Source: Haplodiscus bocki (taxonomy: Eukaryota). From it: a stretch of DNA of 64,000 bases. The translations under genes and the position numbers were made by a program. This document shows, in pieces, positions 27,900-42,200 of this stretch. Within the stretch, counting starts at the first letter, position 1; each line of letters starts with the position of its first letter. The notes below the pieces were generated by a model, which was not told the origin of the DNA, did no database searches, and saw only the letters and a program-made list of their open reading frames with translations. The stretch covers positions 93,000,001 to 93,064,000 of the forward strand of contig OZ296649.1 of assembly GCA_965655095.1 (NCBI GenBank), written 5' to 3'.

Positions 27900-29860
27900 A
27901 GTTTAGTATGATGTTCTTTATTTCAATGTGTTTCGGTGTACTTTAATGAAATCAAAGTTGAAGGAATTCTTTTGTAATGTTCTGTTCTACAAATAATTCT
28001 CAGTTCAAATTTTCAAAAACATTACCAAATCAAGAAGAAAGGTATTTACCATAGTGCAAATTACAACGAGTCGTTTTTGGGTCTCAAACAAAATGGATTG
28101 AGCAAACTATTTTTGAATAAAATCAAGGCACGGTTTCGAAACAAGAAAAATTATATGGTAGTCAACTAAAAAAATCAAGTCAAAAATAAGGGAAAACAAA
28201 ATAAGTTTTGTGATACAAAGTATAATAGGTTTCCGTTTTAGAAATTCTAATCAATGTAGTAAAAACAGAATTTACTGTGTTGTAGTGTTTTTCAAAGTGC
28301 TTTAGGCTATATAACAAGAGAATGTGAGTAAATCAAAACCGAAGGACATTACCCTGTGGCATGGTTTTCCAACGTCCCCCAGGTTGCAATAATACTAACG
28401 TGTTTGAAGGAAACAAAAAAGTATTTTGAAAAGGGTGTTAGAATAAAAAGTCCCAAAGAGTACAATTCTAAAAGGTTTTATCAAATGATGTCTAGGGAAA
28501 AACTTCAATCGGTAATCTGAAACAAAATTCAGAAGGGATTGAAACTTGAGTATTTGTTAAATTCAGTACAAAGGGAGTTACTTATAGGTTTTTTTAATAA
28601 TTATTGTTTCATTATATTGTACTGAATAGTTGATCAAATCGATACTGAGGGACTTTTTTACATGTATGTATATCAAAGTGTTTCATGGTACCTTGGCAGA
28701 TAATTTCATCCAATCACTTCTAAAGGTAAATACTTACCGGGAGTGTATTTTGCTGCAACGCAATTCCGTGTAATGCTATATAATTTAGAGTACAAGTTTT
28801 ATACCTTTGATCAGAACATCAGGAAAAAAGAGTTTACCACAGGGTACCGTATTACAATATTTAAATTTTGAAACACCCACGACTTTGGTCAAAACTGCCC
28901 TAAACGGATTTACAAATGGGCAATGTAACACACGGTCTTTTAGGGTACAAAAAGATTTCACCAAACCAAAAAGAAAACATTTAAAAAAGAGGTAATGTGA
29001 CTCGTTCTTTTTGTTCTTTTCCTAGCTAAAGAACTAAATAGTTTGATCAAGCTAATTTGAAAAAAACCTAATTAATGTTGGTGTGATTCGTAGTTTTTCA
29101 AGCTACACTAATACGTGTTATGATCAAATCAGCACTAAAGTATCCTAATAAAGGTTAGTCGATGACTAATCAATTGAAAGTACGAACTTCAGATAATCAA
29201 CCAAAGCAAAACCAAAGGAATTCATTGTAGGGATACGTCACACAAAGTTTATTTGGATAAAATACCAAGCAACTTGACCAAATGAAGGCTGAAAAAGTTT
29301 AAATTGTAATTTTGTATTCCAATGTCTTTCTGGGTTAAAAACGAAAGCATTTGAAAAAATTAAAGTTGAAGCCTCTCACTATATTGTTTTGTTCTACAAC
29401 ATGAGCTGAGATAAGGTATAAATGCAGCGGATGAGTTCAAAGCTAAAGGAAAATACCGTGGTGTAATGTAAAACAAGGTGTTTTGCGAGAAAAAAACAAA
29501 ACGGAATGATCAAATCTTTTCTGAAAGAATTGAATTCAAGATAAATAACTGCCAACGCAATTTACAGTAATAAAATAAAAAAATTGATCTAGCCAGTACT
29601 AGAGGATAAAGTTAAACACAATGGTGATTAAAAAAATATTAGGTTGAATTGTTGGAGGTTTTGATCAAATTAGTACTATCTGAACTTTTTGTCCTGTTGT
29701 GTATATCAAAAAGCTTTCAGTTATAAAACAATAGAGTTTCCTTACAGTAGTACTAAAGGATATGATCATGTTGTATTGTACTAAAACGTTCTTTAAATGA
29801 GAAAACTGAAGAGTTTGAGGGAAACAAAAAAGTGTTTAAAATGAGTGTTACATTATAAGT
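27900..29860 (-). repeat. Same ~76-bp satellite in reverse orientation
   Basis: Reverse complement of 27901-28120 aligns to 27570-27790; base skew flips from T-rich to A-rich. Confidence 0.85.
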
Positions 29861-32800
29861 TGTTATTGTGTGAGTTGGTAAGACGGGGGCGGGTGGAAGG
29901 CCCTATGTATTCAGACGAGCTATGGCGAGCTGAGAGGAGCCGAGAACCGAGAAGGGTATTCCACATTAACCGAGAGCTTTCGCGTGATTTTGGATGACGG
30001 AAAACTCGATTCTGATTGAGTGACGAAATTTATAGGTTTTTCGCTTTCGATTCTGAATGGCTGCCGACAACTTTTCGGTTTTGGACAAAGACAGAGCGTT
30101 ATCAATTATGTATGAACATAACGAACATCAATCGGCTTAGTATAAGTATAGCGGAGACCGTGTTTGAAATATAAAACAATAAGGAGTGTGTTGAATGACC
30201 CGTTTTGGCTCTCTGAAACTTTTTCGGGAAACCATTATTAAATGATTATTTCTGGAGTTCCCACGTATGATTATTACGGCTCAGACTAATTATGACGCCT
30301 GACGACATTGTTGTGACTTCATGGTATGTGAAAAAACACTTCGGTAATGTATTAACTAATGGTATGTTCCGTAATGTATTATGCTAGGGTATAGTTCAGG
30401 AATGTATCAAGACAGTGTATATCTCATTGAATATTAGTTCAAAAAAATGAACTGAAAGAACTGAAAAAACTTGAAGACTGTAGTGACTTGACTGTAGCAA
30501 AGCACAGGAAATATTGGCGCAAAAACCTAGGAAGTGTTAGATATTACAATATACCATAAAAGGAAAGGCCATAAGTGGAAGAACAGCCACAAGCCGGAAA
30601 ACCAGCCACAGAAGCAGCTGTCAATCACTTTCCTTCACCCATGCAGATACTCAATTTTTAAGTTAATACATGTCTGCAGGGTAAAAAAATCAAATTTTGG
30701 CCAAATTTTTGGCTTTGAGTGTTGTGTTTTAGTTCGGCCAGTCTATTAAGGTATTACAGAGGTATTGTGAAAGCAAGGTCTTTTGATAAAGTAAAAGCAA
30801 GGACTTTTAGCTCAATCAACGTATAAAACCGTAGTCTTTTGGCTAAGTTCGTGTACTGCAACAGTTTACTTTGGAAAAAATGGATTTTTGGGAGTAGAAA
30901 TCAAAATAATCACCGTACTATCTCACAATATAGCAATCAGCATCGTCTGTCCCAATCCTTATAATCCCAACGAACACTCCAAAACGTCACATGCTACATG
31001 TTACAGAATTCAACCATACAGTGTAACGAGTGTTACAGATTTCAAGCAAACAGTCAGAGATATAAGCAAAGTAGTTCACAACTTTTACGAAACTGCCTAA
31101 TAAATTTCATAGCTATTGTTTTTAAAAATGTCAGATCAAGTATCTTTGGGAAACCCTCTTTCTTAGTTGTGTCTGATAAAGTAACTACAAGAACATAGTT
31201 ATTCGATAGAGCATGACAATTAAGCAGTACTTTTGCGACAAGGATTCACCAATTTTACAAAAAAAACTGATTTTAAATGCACAACATTCAACAACCGAGT
31301 CTGCAATACTGTACCATACCACTACAGCCTGTGGAAATTGACAAAAAGTAGCTTTTCAGGATACCTTTGGTGCTGTCAACCCAAATCATAGAAACTGAGG
31401 CCAGCCAGGCGTGCAAAATGTTTCTTTATGCGGGTTTGGGTTTGAAATTCAAAGAGCATGAAGGCCTAAAAGTCAACTCTTTAGATTAGGAGATTTATTG
31501 TCACTGATCTAAATGATGAACCCGTGTGTCTAAAGTCTGCTCTTTGTTGGAACCGCAAATAGTGTCCACGATACATGTGAGAAATCAGGAGAAAAATTGA
31601 TGCGGAGAGCCATAAAACTGAACAGACCGGTCTTTTCCTTCCGTACTGCTTGGTGCTTTGAAAATTAATAATATGCAAGTTCCCACCGGCGTCGCATCCA
31701 AGGCAATTTAGAAAACGGTTGCAAATAGGCAGATAGAGGCTGATAGTGACAACCAACAATGTGTTGACTGATATTTTGGAAAGAGAATAAAAACACGATA
31801 TCAGTTAAGGCCCTACCCAATAACTGTTAAGACTCAATTGTGGGATTTTGGCTTTTAATGTAGCTAACTTGATATTTTGATTCCTTTTCATACAAAATCT
31901 TCGTCAAAGTTACCAAACCGCAAAAGAGACTATCAATTGATTCCAAGAAATCAGTCGGATTCTTTCTTTTATTGATGATTGCATTGCCTAGTGGCAACTC
32001 TGTAGCCTTTGCCTTCTCAGGGATTGTCTACTTTTAAGTCGACGGTAGGTTTGTTTTTGAATGTTTTGTCAAAGGTACATATAGAAACACTTGGAAGTCG
32101 TTCAGTTCTTTTGAAGTGTTAGTTGATTTACCAGCTGCCTCCAGGGGACACAAAACTGTTCCTTTTTTTGCACATACGCTCCCATTGAAACCGAACTTTA
32201 ACACATTGCAGAAATAATCAACAAAATGGAACCTGACTGAACGTTACTCAGCATGTCAAACAACTCTTTTCCACCTTTTTGCAATGAATATTACATGGTA
32301 GAAAAGGCCAGATAGGGACCATAAGTTTGGAGTGTGGCCTGCAACGCAGTTTTGGTAGGATGTTAGATACCGTTCAAATTGATCCGCAGGAGTGAACAAA
32401 AAGTTTTTGCTTGTAACTGGAATAGAAGCTAAGCAATGCTTGTAAAAAATAACAGCAGCCATCCTCACAGTGAAACTGTGTGATCAATTGAATCTGAATC
32501 AAAAAATGACTTGTTGGAATTACAAACAGACAATATGATACCTACATGTGCTTGCATGGGCACAAATTTCAAAACAAGACCATACAGTATACAGTGAAAC
32601 TCTGTGAAACAATCATCAAGCAAACGTCTCGAGGATCAAATTTACGGATATCAAATGTAAAAAACAGTTCCGTAAGTGGTTGGAAAGGCGAAACGATCCA
32701 CAAACGAAGAGAAATGCGTAGTGACCAAATCGTCGAATGTTGTTTGAAAAAAATACACTTTACTCGCGAAAAAGAACTGCTTCATCGTATGAATTTCACT

Positions 32801-34111
32801 CCCACGAATTTGCACACCGCATATCTTGGAAGTAGTGCATTATGTGTTCTTACAGGTAGAAGTAGCTGAATCCGGATACTCAGAAGAAACAACAGAGACT
32901 ACTGGGTAACTTACTAGGGTGAAAATTGCTTGAAGGTTACTTTGCATTTTGTTAAATGCAAAAAAAGAAGTTCCTGCATTCAGGGAAGCCTTGTTGTTCA
33001 ATGGCTAGCACCTGAATGTCGTCAACCAAAAAAAACCGTCAAAGTTTTTTGGTCATTTGAAGAAACTAAAGAATTAAAAAGAGTTGAAACCGGGAAATCG
33101 TTGAGAAGTTAGGACACTGATTATAAAGAAGTGTCTCAGTTCAACATCTCTTCGTGTGCCGTCCAAAATTGCTTTTCCTAGTTTGTGTTCCAAGTTTGTC
33201 ACAAGTAACTTTTTCGTTCCGATTGAGACCGGCCATTTCACTAATGATTGATTCAAAAGATAATTTGAGATGAAAGAAATGAGTTGAAAAGTAACCAACT
33301 GAGCTGCAACAATGCAAGACGAATATTTTCTGTTGTATAGTAGTGAAAGAGTTTTATTATGCTACTACTATACATGAAAAAAAAACAAAAAACAGAAACT
33401 TTTTCGAGCATAACCATAAAAAGAGTTATTACGTACTAACACCATGAAATGATGGACTGGTTCTCATAAAATCAAACAAAACGGTTATTATTAATCAATC
33501 CACTCATCTTTGATAACCACGACAACAAACAAAAGAGAGATTTGGGTCAAACTAATATTCCTGTGATGGCAATTGTCTGTCTAGCAAAATCAGCCAAGTG
33601 GATACATGACCCGCCAACGAAGCGTCACACTGTCTGCGAAAATCAATCAAAAGGAACAAATTTCCGTAAAGACGAGACACGTTGTCTGGAAATTTGTTCA
33701 ATTGGAAAAAAACCACCTGATAAAGAGGCAGCTCGTCTGAGAAAACAAATTTGTTCGTCAAGTTTGTTATCGTTTCAACTGCCAACCAAAAAACCTCAAT
33801 AAAAGCGCTGAAATTTGTATACAAAACTGAATATTCAGTCTAGATGCTGAAAACTTAAGATGACAGACTCCTTGAATTATCGACGTAAATTCTTACCATA
33901 CAACTACAAAACTAACCTACTGAAAACAGTAAATGTTTAACTACTAAACCGCTGTGTTGTAATGTATACAAATTTAAAAACTAAGCAATTTGCTAATTCA
34001 AAATGTGATCGTCGAAAAGTACTTATATTTTAAAATCTGACACGTTGTAGAGTTTTCAAATATATTCTGGCGTTCTAAAACCGTTGATGGTTTTGGATTG
34101 TCAGTGAGAAT

Positions 34112-35380
34112 CAAAACTTCATCAACAACCACTATATAGGGTAACACTACCATAAGCAGCCGAAGCGACACCTTATCTCAGTACAGTGCAGAAAGTCGCT
34201 TTACCGTAATACATGGGTGGAAACCCTCCTCAGCCTCGACTTTCTATAATCTACATCAACACATGAACAGGTCGACCACCTGCCTCATCTTAATACATGA
34301 CGCCATAATTAATGAGTCAATATAACCAGGCTACTTATCCCTGTACATTGAAAACCCTATAGTCTCCAGTAGACCATTGTTGAATATCATTCCCTATCAA
34401 AGTTTACTGATGATTACACTCAGATCGGGTTGGTTGTTTCATTATGTCTTGTTACGTTGGTCACAGTAGGGAGACACAAAGTCTGTCCTAACAAAATAAC
34501 TTGACCTACCGAACCCACCATGTACCTTGAAACATTACCGAAACGTGCCCTGTTTTGACAAACGCAAGAAAACTTGGCAAGCTGGGAAGAACTTAGACTC
34601 AAAATCTGGCACGTGGTAAATTAATCAATTCAGATATCACACGTGTTTGAAAAAAGATCTAGAAATTGCAATTTAAAAAAGTTTTCAGGGCAATTTCTGA
34701 CACAATGTAAAAGTTTTCTTTCAAAATCTGACACGTTGGAAATTAAAAATTTCAAAATATGACAGGTTAAAATATTTTTTTAAAAAACTGACACGTTGTA
34801 AACATTTTGTTTCAAAATCATGTTTTTTTTGAAAAAGCACAAAAAGTGCAAAGTTTGCCAATGTTATGGAGTAAACTGAGTGGAAACTTCTTTTTTGAAT
34901 GCCTTTCCCTCTTCAAAATCCGGCACGTTGAAAAGTTTTCAATTCAAAACCTCAAACTTGAAAACTTTTAATTTCAAAATCTGACACTTCGAAAAAATTT
35001 TGAATCAAACTCCGAAACTTTGTAAAAATTTTTAGTTCAAAATCTGACACAGTGAAGAAGTTTCAATTCAAAAACTGACACCTTGAAATGTTTTTAATTC
35101 AAAATAAAGCTTTTTTTTTGAGAAACCACAAAAATGCAAAAAGTTGCCGATTTGAAGGAGTAAAATGAGTCAAAACTTGATTTTTTGAATGGGAATTTTT
35201 TCCTTCGAAACCTGACACGTTGTAAAAACATTGATTGAAATTCTGGTGCTTTGTAACAAATTTGATTCAAAATTTAACGCATTTTAAATAAAATTTTCAG
35301 TTCGAAATGTGACACGTTGAAAAAATTTTTCTACAAAATCCGAATAATACCTTGTTTTTCTGGTTCAGACTGAATTATCG
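34112..35380. repeat. High-identity left arm of the palindrome
   Basis: 34112-34860 is the reverse complement of ~38536-39286 with only one homopolymer indel seen; scattered mismatches from 34861 inward. Confidence 0.93.
34590..35340 (+). repeat. Degenerate ~31-bp minisatellite (TCAAAATCTGACACGTTG core); mirrored at ~38040-38800
   Basis: Core recurs at e.g. 34722, 34783, 34975, 35038 and 35208. Confidence 0.85.
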
Positions 35381-36109
35381 ATTCAACTGTTACCGTAAAC
35401 ACGGAAATAGTGTAAAGAAGAGTATTCAAAGATAATGTCTCCTATAGATTTATTTCCGAGGCATACAACTGGAATCTGAAACATTTCATTTCTTCTCTCA
35501 GTTCGTGAGGAATAACATTTTGGCAAGACACTTTTTCACAAAGGCTATGGACAAAACTCAGTGGAGCGTAAATCTAGCAGATCAACTGTTTTTCTCAAAA
35601 TTCACCACTGTGAAAACAATAAAAAGCACTTTACTTAAAGTTCCATATCTTTTCTTCAATCATTCTGTGTGAGCGACGAAAAATGAGCGATAGAAAAAAT
35701 TTGACTTCTACACAGAATCTACCCCATATTAGGTGCTTGATGTTACATACTAGAGTCTTGCCACTTATCAAAAGCGACGTTGCTTGATCGAAAATTGCTT
35801 TTCTAGACATATTTGGCTCAGAACATACATTAGGTAACCCATAAAATCCCAAAATCAAAACTCACCTTCGAATTTTGCAGAATTACTGCACACTTCAAGG
35901 AAAAAGTGTACAACCTTCTCATCTCCAAGGCCATTTCACCGTTTTTTAATGTCTACACGGACCGGCTCCACACGCTATCATAAAACATCGTCAATCAAAT
36001 TCGGCTCAGATCCCAATTCCTAATACAGTGAATGTCTTATGTAATGGGTTTCTCCCGGAAACCTAACCTTATCTCAAGTCATTGGGGCACCCAAATACAT
36101 ACCAGGCAT

Positions 36110-37260
36110 AATTACATTGCCGAAGTATAGCCTGTCCTATTACGTAGATGCGGAGTGTACGCTATCTTAGAATCTTTCTGAGGTACACCCAACCTCAGAA
36201 CATTGCTGAGCCTGGCCCAATCCTAGGGAATTGCTGAGGTATACCTACCTTATGACACTGCTGGGCATTTTTCATTTTTGAAATATTGCTGAGCAGTTCT
36301 CAATCTTATATCATAGCGGAGTTAAAACTTCTCCCACAGCAACAATAACCTATTCCCAACCTTAAAACAAGGCTGACGTTAACCCTGTCCCATTATATTG
36401 CTGAGCTGTTCCTAAACTTAAACCATTGCTGAAATATATCTTCTCCTATTACAATGCAAAGCTGTTCCCAATAACAAAACATCGCTGACGTATACCTTGA
36501 CTTTTTATAATGCTGAGTTGTTCCCAATCCTAAAACAATGCTATTGTCAACCCTGTTGTAATACATTGCTAAACTTTTCCCAAATCTACAACATTGCTTA
36601 GATATATCTTGACGTTTTACAATCCTAAGCTTCTCAGAATCTTGAAACATTGCTGACGTATAGTCGAATCCTTTCAACTTATCTTAGAAAATAGGAACTT
36701 TCAACCTAGCAGACAGCTCTCGGCGGCTTTTGGGTGACGTAATACTCTATTGTGGTTGACTGCCGACAACGTTTCGCGAAAACCGACAGCACTGTAATAA
36801 GAAAGGTCATAGTTCAACAAAGTATCAAAATTGGGTACAGCTCACCAATGTGAAAAGACAAGATACACCTTTGCAAAGTTTTAGGATTGGGTACAACTCA
36901 GCAAAAATTTAAGTCAAGGTGTACAACACTAACATTTCAAGATTGGGAACAGCTCAGCAATGAGGTTAGGACAGGGTATACTTCAGCATTGCTCTAAGAT
37001 TGGGAATAGTTTAGCATTGTAGTAGGACAAGTTTTAACTCAGGAAGGTTATAATGTTGGAAACAGCTCAGCAATATTAAAAAACGGTAAATGCTCAGCAG
37101 TGTAATAAGGTAGGGTATACCTTAGCAAATTTTTCAGGATTGGCTCAAGCCCAGCAAAGATCTGAGGTAGGTTTTACCTCTAAAATGTTCTAATAAAGCC
37201 AACATACCCCACCAATCTATAAAGAGAGCGTAGACTTCGGCAATGTAATATTGTCAGATA
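36110..37260. repeat. Degenerate ~28-bp minisatellite (AACATTGCTGAGCTGTTCCCAATCTT-like) in opposite orientations either side of the palindrome centre
   Basis: (A)CATTGCTGA repeats on + at 36110-36680 and TCAGCAATG repeats at 36830-37260; spacer ~36680-36830. Confidence 0.85.
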
Positions 37261-37989
37261 TTGATTTGCGTGCCTGAATCACTTGAGATAAGGTTAGGTT
37301 TCCGAGAAAGACCAATTTCATAAGACCTTCAATGTCTTAGGGTGTGCGATCCGAGCCAACTTTGCTCGAAGGTGTCTTATGATAGCAGGTGGAGCCGGTA
37401 GGTGCACACATTGAGAAAACGGTGAAATAGCTTTGAAGATGAGAAGGTTGTACACTAACGAAGTGATGTGTGCATTAATTCTGCAAATATTGAAAAAGTG
37501 TTTTGGATTTGGGATTAATTGGTGTACCCAATCTATGTTCTGAGTCCAATTTGCCTTGATATTCAATTTTCGATCAAGCATCGTCAATTTTGATAAGTGG
37601 CAAAACTCTAGTAGGTAATAAACCACACCCAATATGACGTAGATTCTGTGTAGTTGTCAGCTTCTTTCCATCGCTCTTTTCTCCTGACTGCTGACACAAA
37701 AAAATTGAAGAAATGATATGGACCTCTAACTAAAGTGATTTTTTTTGTTTTCACACTGGTGAATTTTGAGAAACACTGTTGATCTGCTAGAGCTTAGGAT
37801 CCACCGAGTTTTGTCCATAGCCTTTGTGAAGAAGTGTGTTGCCATAATGTTATTCCTCACGAACTGAGAGAGAGAGAAGAAGTGACGTGTTTCAGCTTTC
37901 AGTTGTACGCCTCGCAACTAAATCCATAGGAGACACAGTCTTCGCGTACTCTTCGTTGCAATATTTTGGTATTAATGGTGACAGTTGAA

Positions 37990-39286
37990 ATGATAATTCA
38001 GTCTGAACCAGAAAAACAAGGTAATTTTCAGGTTTTGTAGAAAAATCTCTTCAACATGTCACATTTCGAACTGAAATTTTTATTTACAATGCGTTATATT
38101 TTGAATCAAATTCGTTACAAAGCGCCAGAATTTCAATCAATGTTTTTACAAGGTGTCAGGTTTCGAGGGAAAAAATTCAAACGTCTCGGGTTTCGAAAAA
38201 TATTCCCATTCAAAAAATCAAATTTTGACTCATTTTACTCCTTCAAATCGGCAACTTTTTGCATTTTTGTGGTTTTTCAAAAAAGAGCATTATTTTGAAT
38301 TAAAAACATTTCAAGGTGTCAGTTTTTGAATTGAAACTTCTTCACTGTGTCAGATTTTGAACTAAAAATTTTTCCAAAGCTTCGGAGTTTGATTCAAAAT
38401 TTTTTCGAAGTGTCAGATTTTGAATTTAAACGTATTCAAATTTGAGATTTTGAATTGAAAACTTTTCAACGTGTCAGATTTTGAAGAGGGAAAGGCATTC
38501 AAAAAAGAAGTTTCCACTCAGTTTACTCCATAACAATGGCAAACTTTGCACTTTTTGTGCTTTTTCAAAAAAAACATGATTTTGAAACAAAATGTTTACA
38601 ACGTGTCAGTTTTTTAAAAAAATATTTTAACCTGTCATATTTTGAAATTTTTAATTTCCAACGTGTCAGATTTTGAAAGAAAACTTTTACATTGTGTCAG
38701 AAATTGCCCTGAAAACTTTTTTAAATTGCAATTTCTAGATCTTTTTTTCAAACACGTGTGATATCTGAATTGATTAATTTACCACGTGCCAGATTTTGAG
38801 TCTAAGTTCTTCCCAGCTTGCCAAGTTTTCTTGCGTTTGTCAAAACAGGGCACGTTTCGGTAATGTTTCAAGGTACATGGTGGGTTCGGTAGGTCAAGTT
38901 ATTTTGTTAGGACAGACTTTGTGTCTCCCTACTGTGACCAACGTAACAAGACATAATGAAACAACCAACCCGATCTGAGTGTAATCATCAGTAAACTTTG
39001 ATAGGGAATGATATTCAACAATGGTCTACTGGAGACTATAGGGTTTTCAATGTACAGGGATAAGTAGCCTGGTTATATTGACTCATTAATTATGGCGTCA
39101 TGTATTAAGATGAGGCAGGTGGTCGACCTGTTCATGTGTTGATGTAGATTATAGAAAGTCGAGGCTGAGGAGGGTTTCCACCCATGTATTACGGTAAAGC
39201 GACTTTCTGCACTGTACTGAGATAAGGTGTCGCTTCGGCTGCTTATGGTAGTGTTACCCTATATAGTGGTTGTTGATGAAGTTTTG
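37990..39286. repeat. High-identity right arm of the palindrome
   Basis: Reverse complement of 34112-35380. Confidence 0.93.
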
Positions 39287-42200
39287 CTTCTCGCTGACAT
39301 CCCAAAACCATCAACAACCATGAAAGAAAAGTAACAGAAAATTTAAAAATTGAAAAAACAACAAACATTGCGCCAGCAAACAATTGAAATCAAACAACTC
39401 AATAAAATAGCTACAGTTAAATAGAAAAATATTTCATCACAAACGATGGATCTCCATCCATTGTTCCGGGCTTCCAAAGATCACTCAACTCTTTCCCGTA
39501 GCATTTTTCTCGTTCACTCGTCCGTTTGTTAAATAATGTTTATGAAAAAACGCAAAGCTAACGTGCAATCCATTCCTATTAGTGTCCAACGGTTGCATTG
39601 AAGAAAACACCGGATATATATCTGTTTCATGTTGGCGAGTTCTTGTTTGAGGGTACTGATTGGACATAGAGTCCCTATCATTAGCGTGTTTGAGTGACAT
39701 AGGAGCTATTGGATTCTTGTTTCAAAATTTATACGGGTTCAAAAAGATATTAGAGGTATGCTGTTCATCAATAGAAAAGTTACGTTGATCGCTTTTTGGA
39801 ATGCACTCGGGTTTTTCGCAGGACCTCGAAAGGCTTTTCCGTTATTGGTTGATCTGTCCAACTTTTATCGGAGCTTCTATGTGGAAAGAAAAAACCACAG
39901 TCAAAACTGAATTAGGTCGCGCTGTTCTGCTCATCAGTGAAGTGCAAAATGTCATGGAAAAAACAATGGTTTTGAAATTATGACCACAATCTGTTTTGGG
40001 ATCAACTTCCGGGTGCAAAATTTTTTGAATTGCAGTTTTCGTAGGATCATAAGGAGAGTTTTGAGCTCTATTGTAGTTGTACATCACTTCATGCAACGGG
40101 AAAAGTTATTCATTTTCGACAAAGATTGAGCACTGAATTATCAACAAAGACAGGTAGTGGTGGGAATTTTTACCAATAGTTACGTACGTTGGTAGCTGGA
40201 AGAAGCAAGTGGCTGTTGCTGCAAACGATTATCAAAGAATAATTTTCGAGTGTAGCAGATACCAGATTGCTGCTTTTATATGTTTCTAACCGATCCATAC
40301 TTACTTTTTGTGTAGGCAACCGTTCCTCTTTTGGTCAAAGACACATATAATTGCTTATTCGTAAGGTGTTCCTTCTTTTCAGGCTTATTACAAGATTTAT
40401 TACTTTTTTGTTTTTCAAATTCATTTGTTCAGAAAATGCATTAAACAACCAGACGTTTGATAATATGTTGCAAGCGTTTCCCAACCGTTACCCGAAAATC
40501 AACTAAAGATTCTCTCTATTTCTTTTGTGTGCAAAATTGTTTTGAATGTTATGAACAGAAGTTATGATTCCGTGAGAAGCCAAAAAACAGTTTGAAAATC
40601 AGTTTTCAAATCGAATTTTTGAAAACACGTCAGAACTTATTTGAAACTTCTACAAGGTGTCACATGTTGAAATGTATGTACATTTTGAAGATCACAATTT
40701 TCGATTTAGAATTGACCTGGTTTTTAAAGTGCTATATAGTACAAAGCAGCGGTTTAGTAGTTGAAGACTCTGTTGGGTTTAGTAGGTTCGTTATGTTAGT
40801 GTATGTTAACAATTAACGTCGACAATCCATAGCGTTTTTACCTGTAATCTTCCAGCTTCTTGACTGAAAAATCAAATTCAAACGCAAACTTCAGTCTTTT
40901 TACGGAGAATTTTCTGCATGACCTTTCAAAAAAAACCTGATGAACAAAGACTTCTCTCAGACAGTTTGCTTCCTCATCAGGTGGTTTTTTTCTGATTGAG
41001 TGTTTTTCCGTACAACGTGTCTCCTCACTAGGAGAATTTGTTTCACCTGATTGATTTTCGCAGACAGTCTATCACTTCATTAGCGGATCATGTTTCCACA
41101 TGGCTGATTTTTTAAAACAGACTATCGACAACACAGAAATAACAGTCTGACTTAAATGATTTTCTTTGGTTTTTGTCGTCGGAATCAAAGATGAAACCAA
41201 AGATTGATATTAACCGTTCTGTTTGACATTATGAGAACCAGCGTTTTGTTTGTGGTATCATTAATAGCAATTCCTTTTAGGGCTTTGATCATGAAAAAAT
41301 GCTTTTGGTGTAGTTCCAAGTACAGTATTAGCATAATAACTGTCTTTCACAACTATAAAACCGTCGATACGACTATTCCATTTTTGCAGTTCATTTGGAC
41401 ACCTTACAACTCATTTCATTCATCTCAGATTATCTTGTCAATCAATCTTTAGTTGAATGGCCGGTCTCAATCGCAACGAAAAGGTTACTTGTGACAAACT
41501 TGGATCACAAACTAGGAAAAGCAATTTTGGACGGCACACGAAGAGATGTTCAACTGAGACAATTCTTCATAATCAGTGTCCCAACATCTCAACGATTTCC
41601 CAGACTCATCTCTTTTTACTTCTTTAGTTTTTTCAAACTTTGACGGTTTTTTTGTTGACAACAATCAGGTGCTATCCTTTGAACAACAAGGCCCCCTTGA
41701 ATGCTGGAACTTCTTTTTTTGCCAGTAGCAAAATACAAAGTACCTTTCAAGCACTTTTCACCCTAGTAAGTTACCCACTAATCTCTGTTGCTTCCTTTGA
41801 TATCCGCATTCAGCTACTTCTACCTGTAAGAACACATATTGCACTACTTTCAAGATATGTGGTGTGCAAATTGGTGGGGTAAAATTCATACGATGAATTC
41901 TTCCTTTTTCACGAGTAAATTGTATTTTCTTCGAACAACATTCGACGATTTGGTCACTCCACGCTTTTCTTGCTGTATGTTGATCGTTTCGCGCTTCCAA
42001 CCACTTACGGAACTATTTGAGACATTTGATGGTCGTGAATTTGGTCACCAGAACGTTTCCTCGATGATTGGTCCACATAATTTCACTGTATGGTAATGTT
42101 TTGAAATTTGTGCCCATGCAAGCACATTTAGGTATTTGTTTGTTTGTAACTCCTTCAAGTAGAACTTTGTTTCAGAATCAATTGCGCAGACAGTTTCACA

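Noticed and set aside
12530-29860. Numerous 60-116-aa ORFs in the satellite (also 44890-51775)
   Set aside because: Low-complexity F/L/K/I-rich translations of AT-rich repeats.
34420-38978. Two identical 60-aa ORFs (34420-34602 -, 38796-38978 +) as duplicated genes
   Set aside because: Non-ATG start and no recognisable motif; the identity is just a consequence of the inverted repeat.
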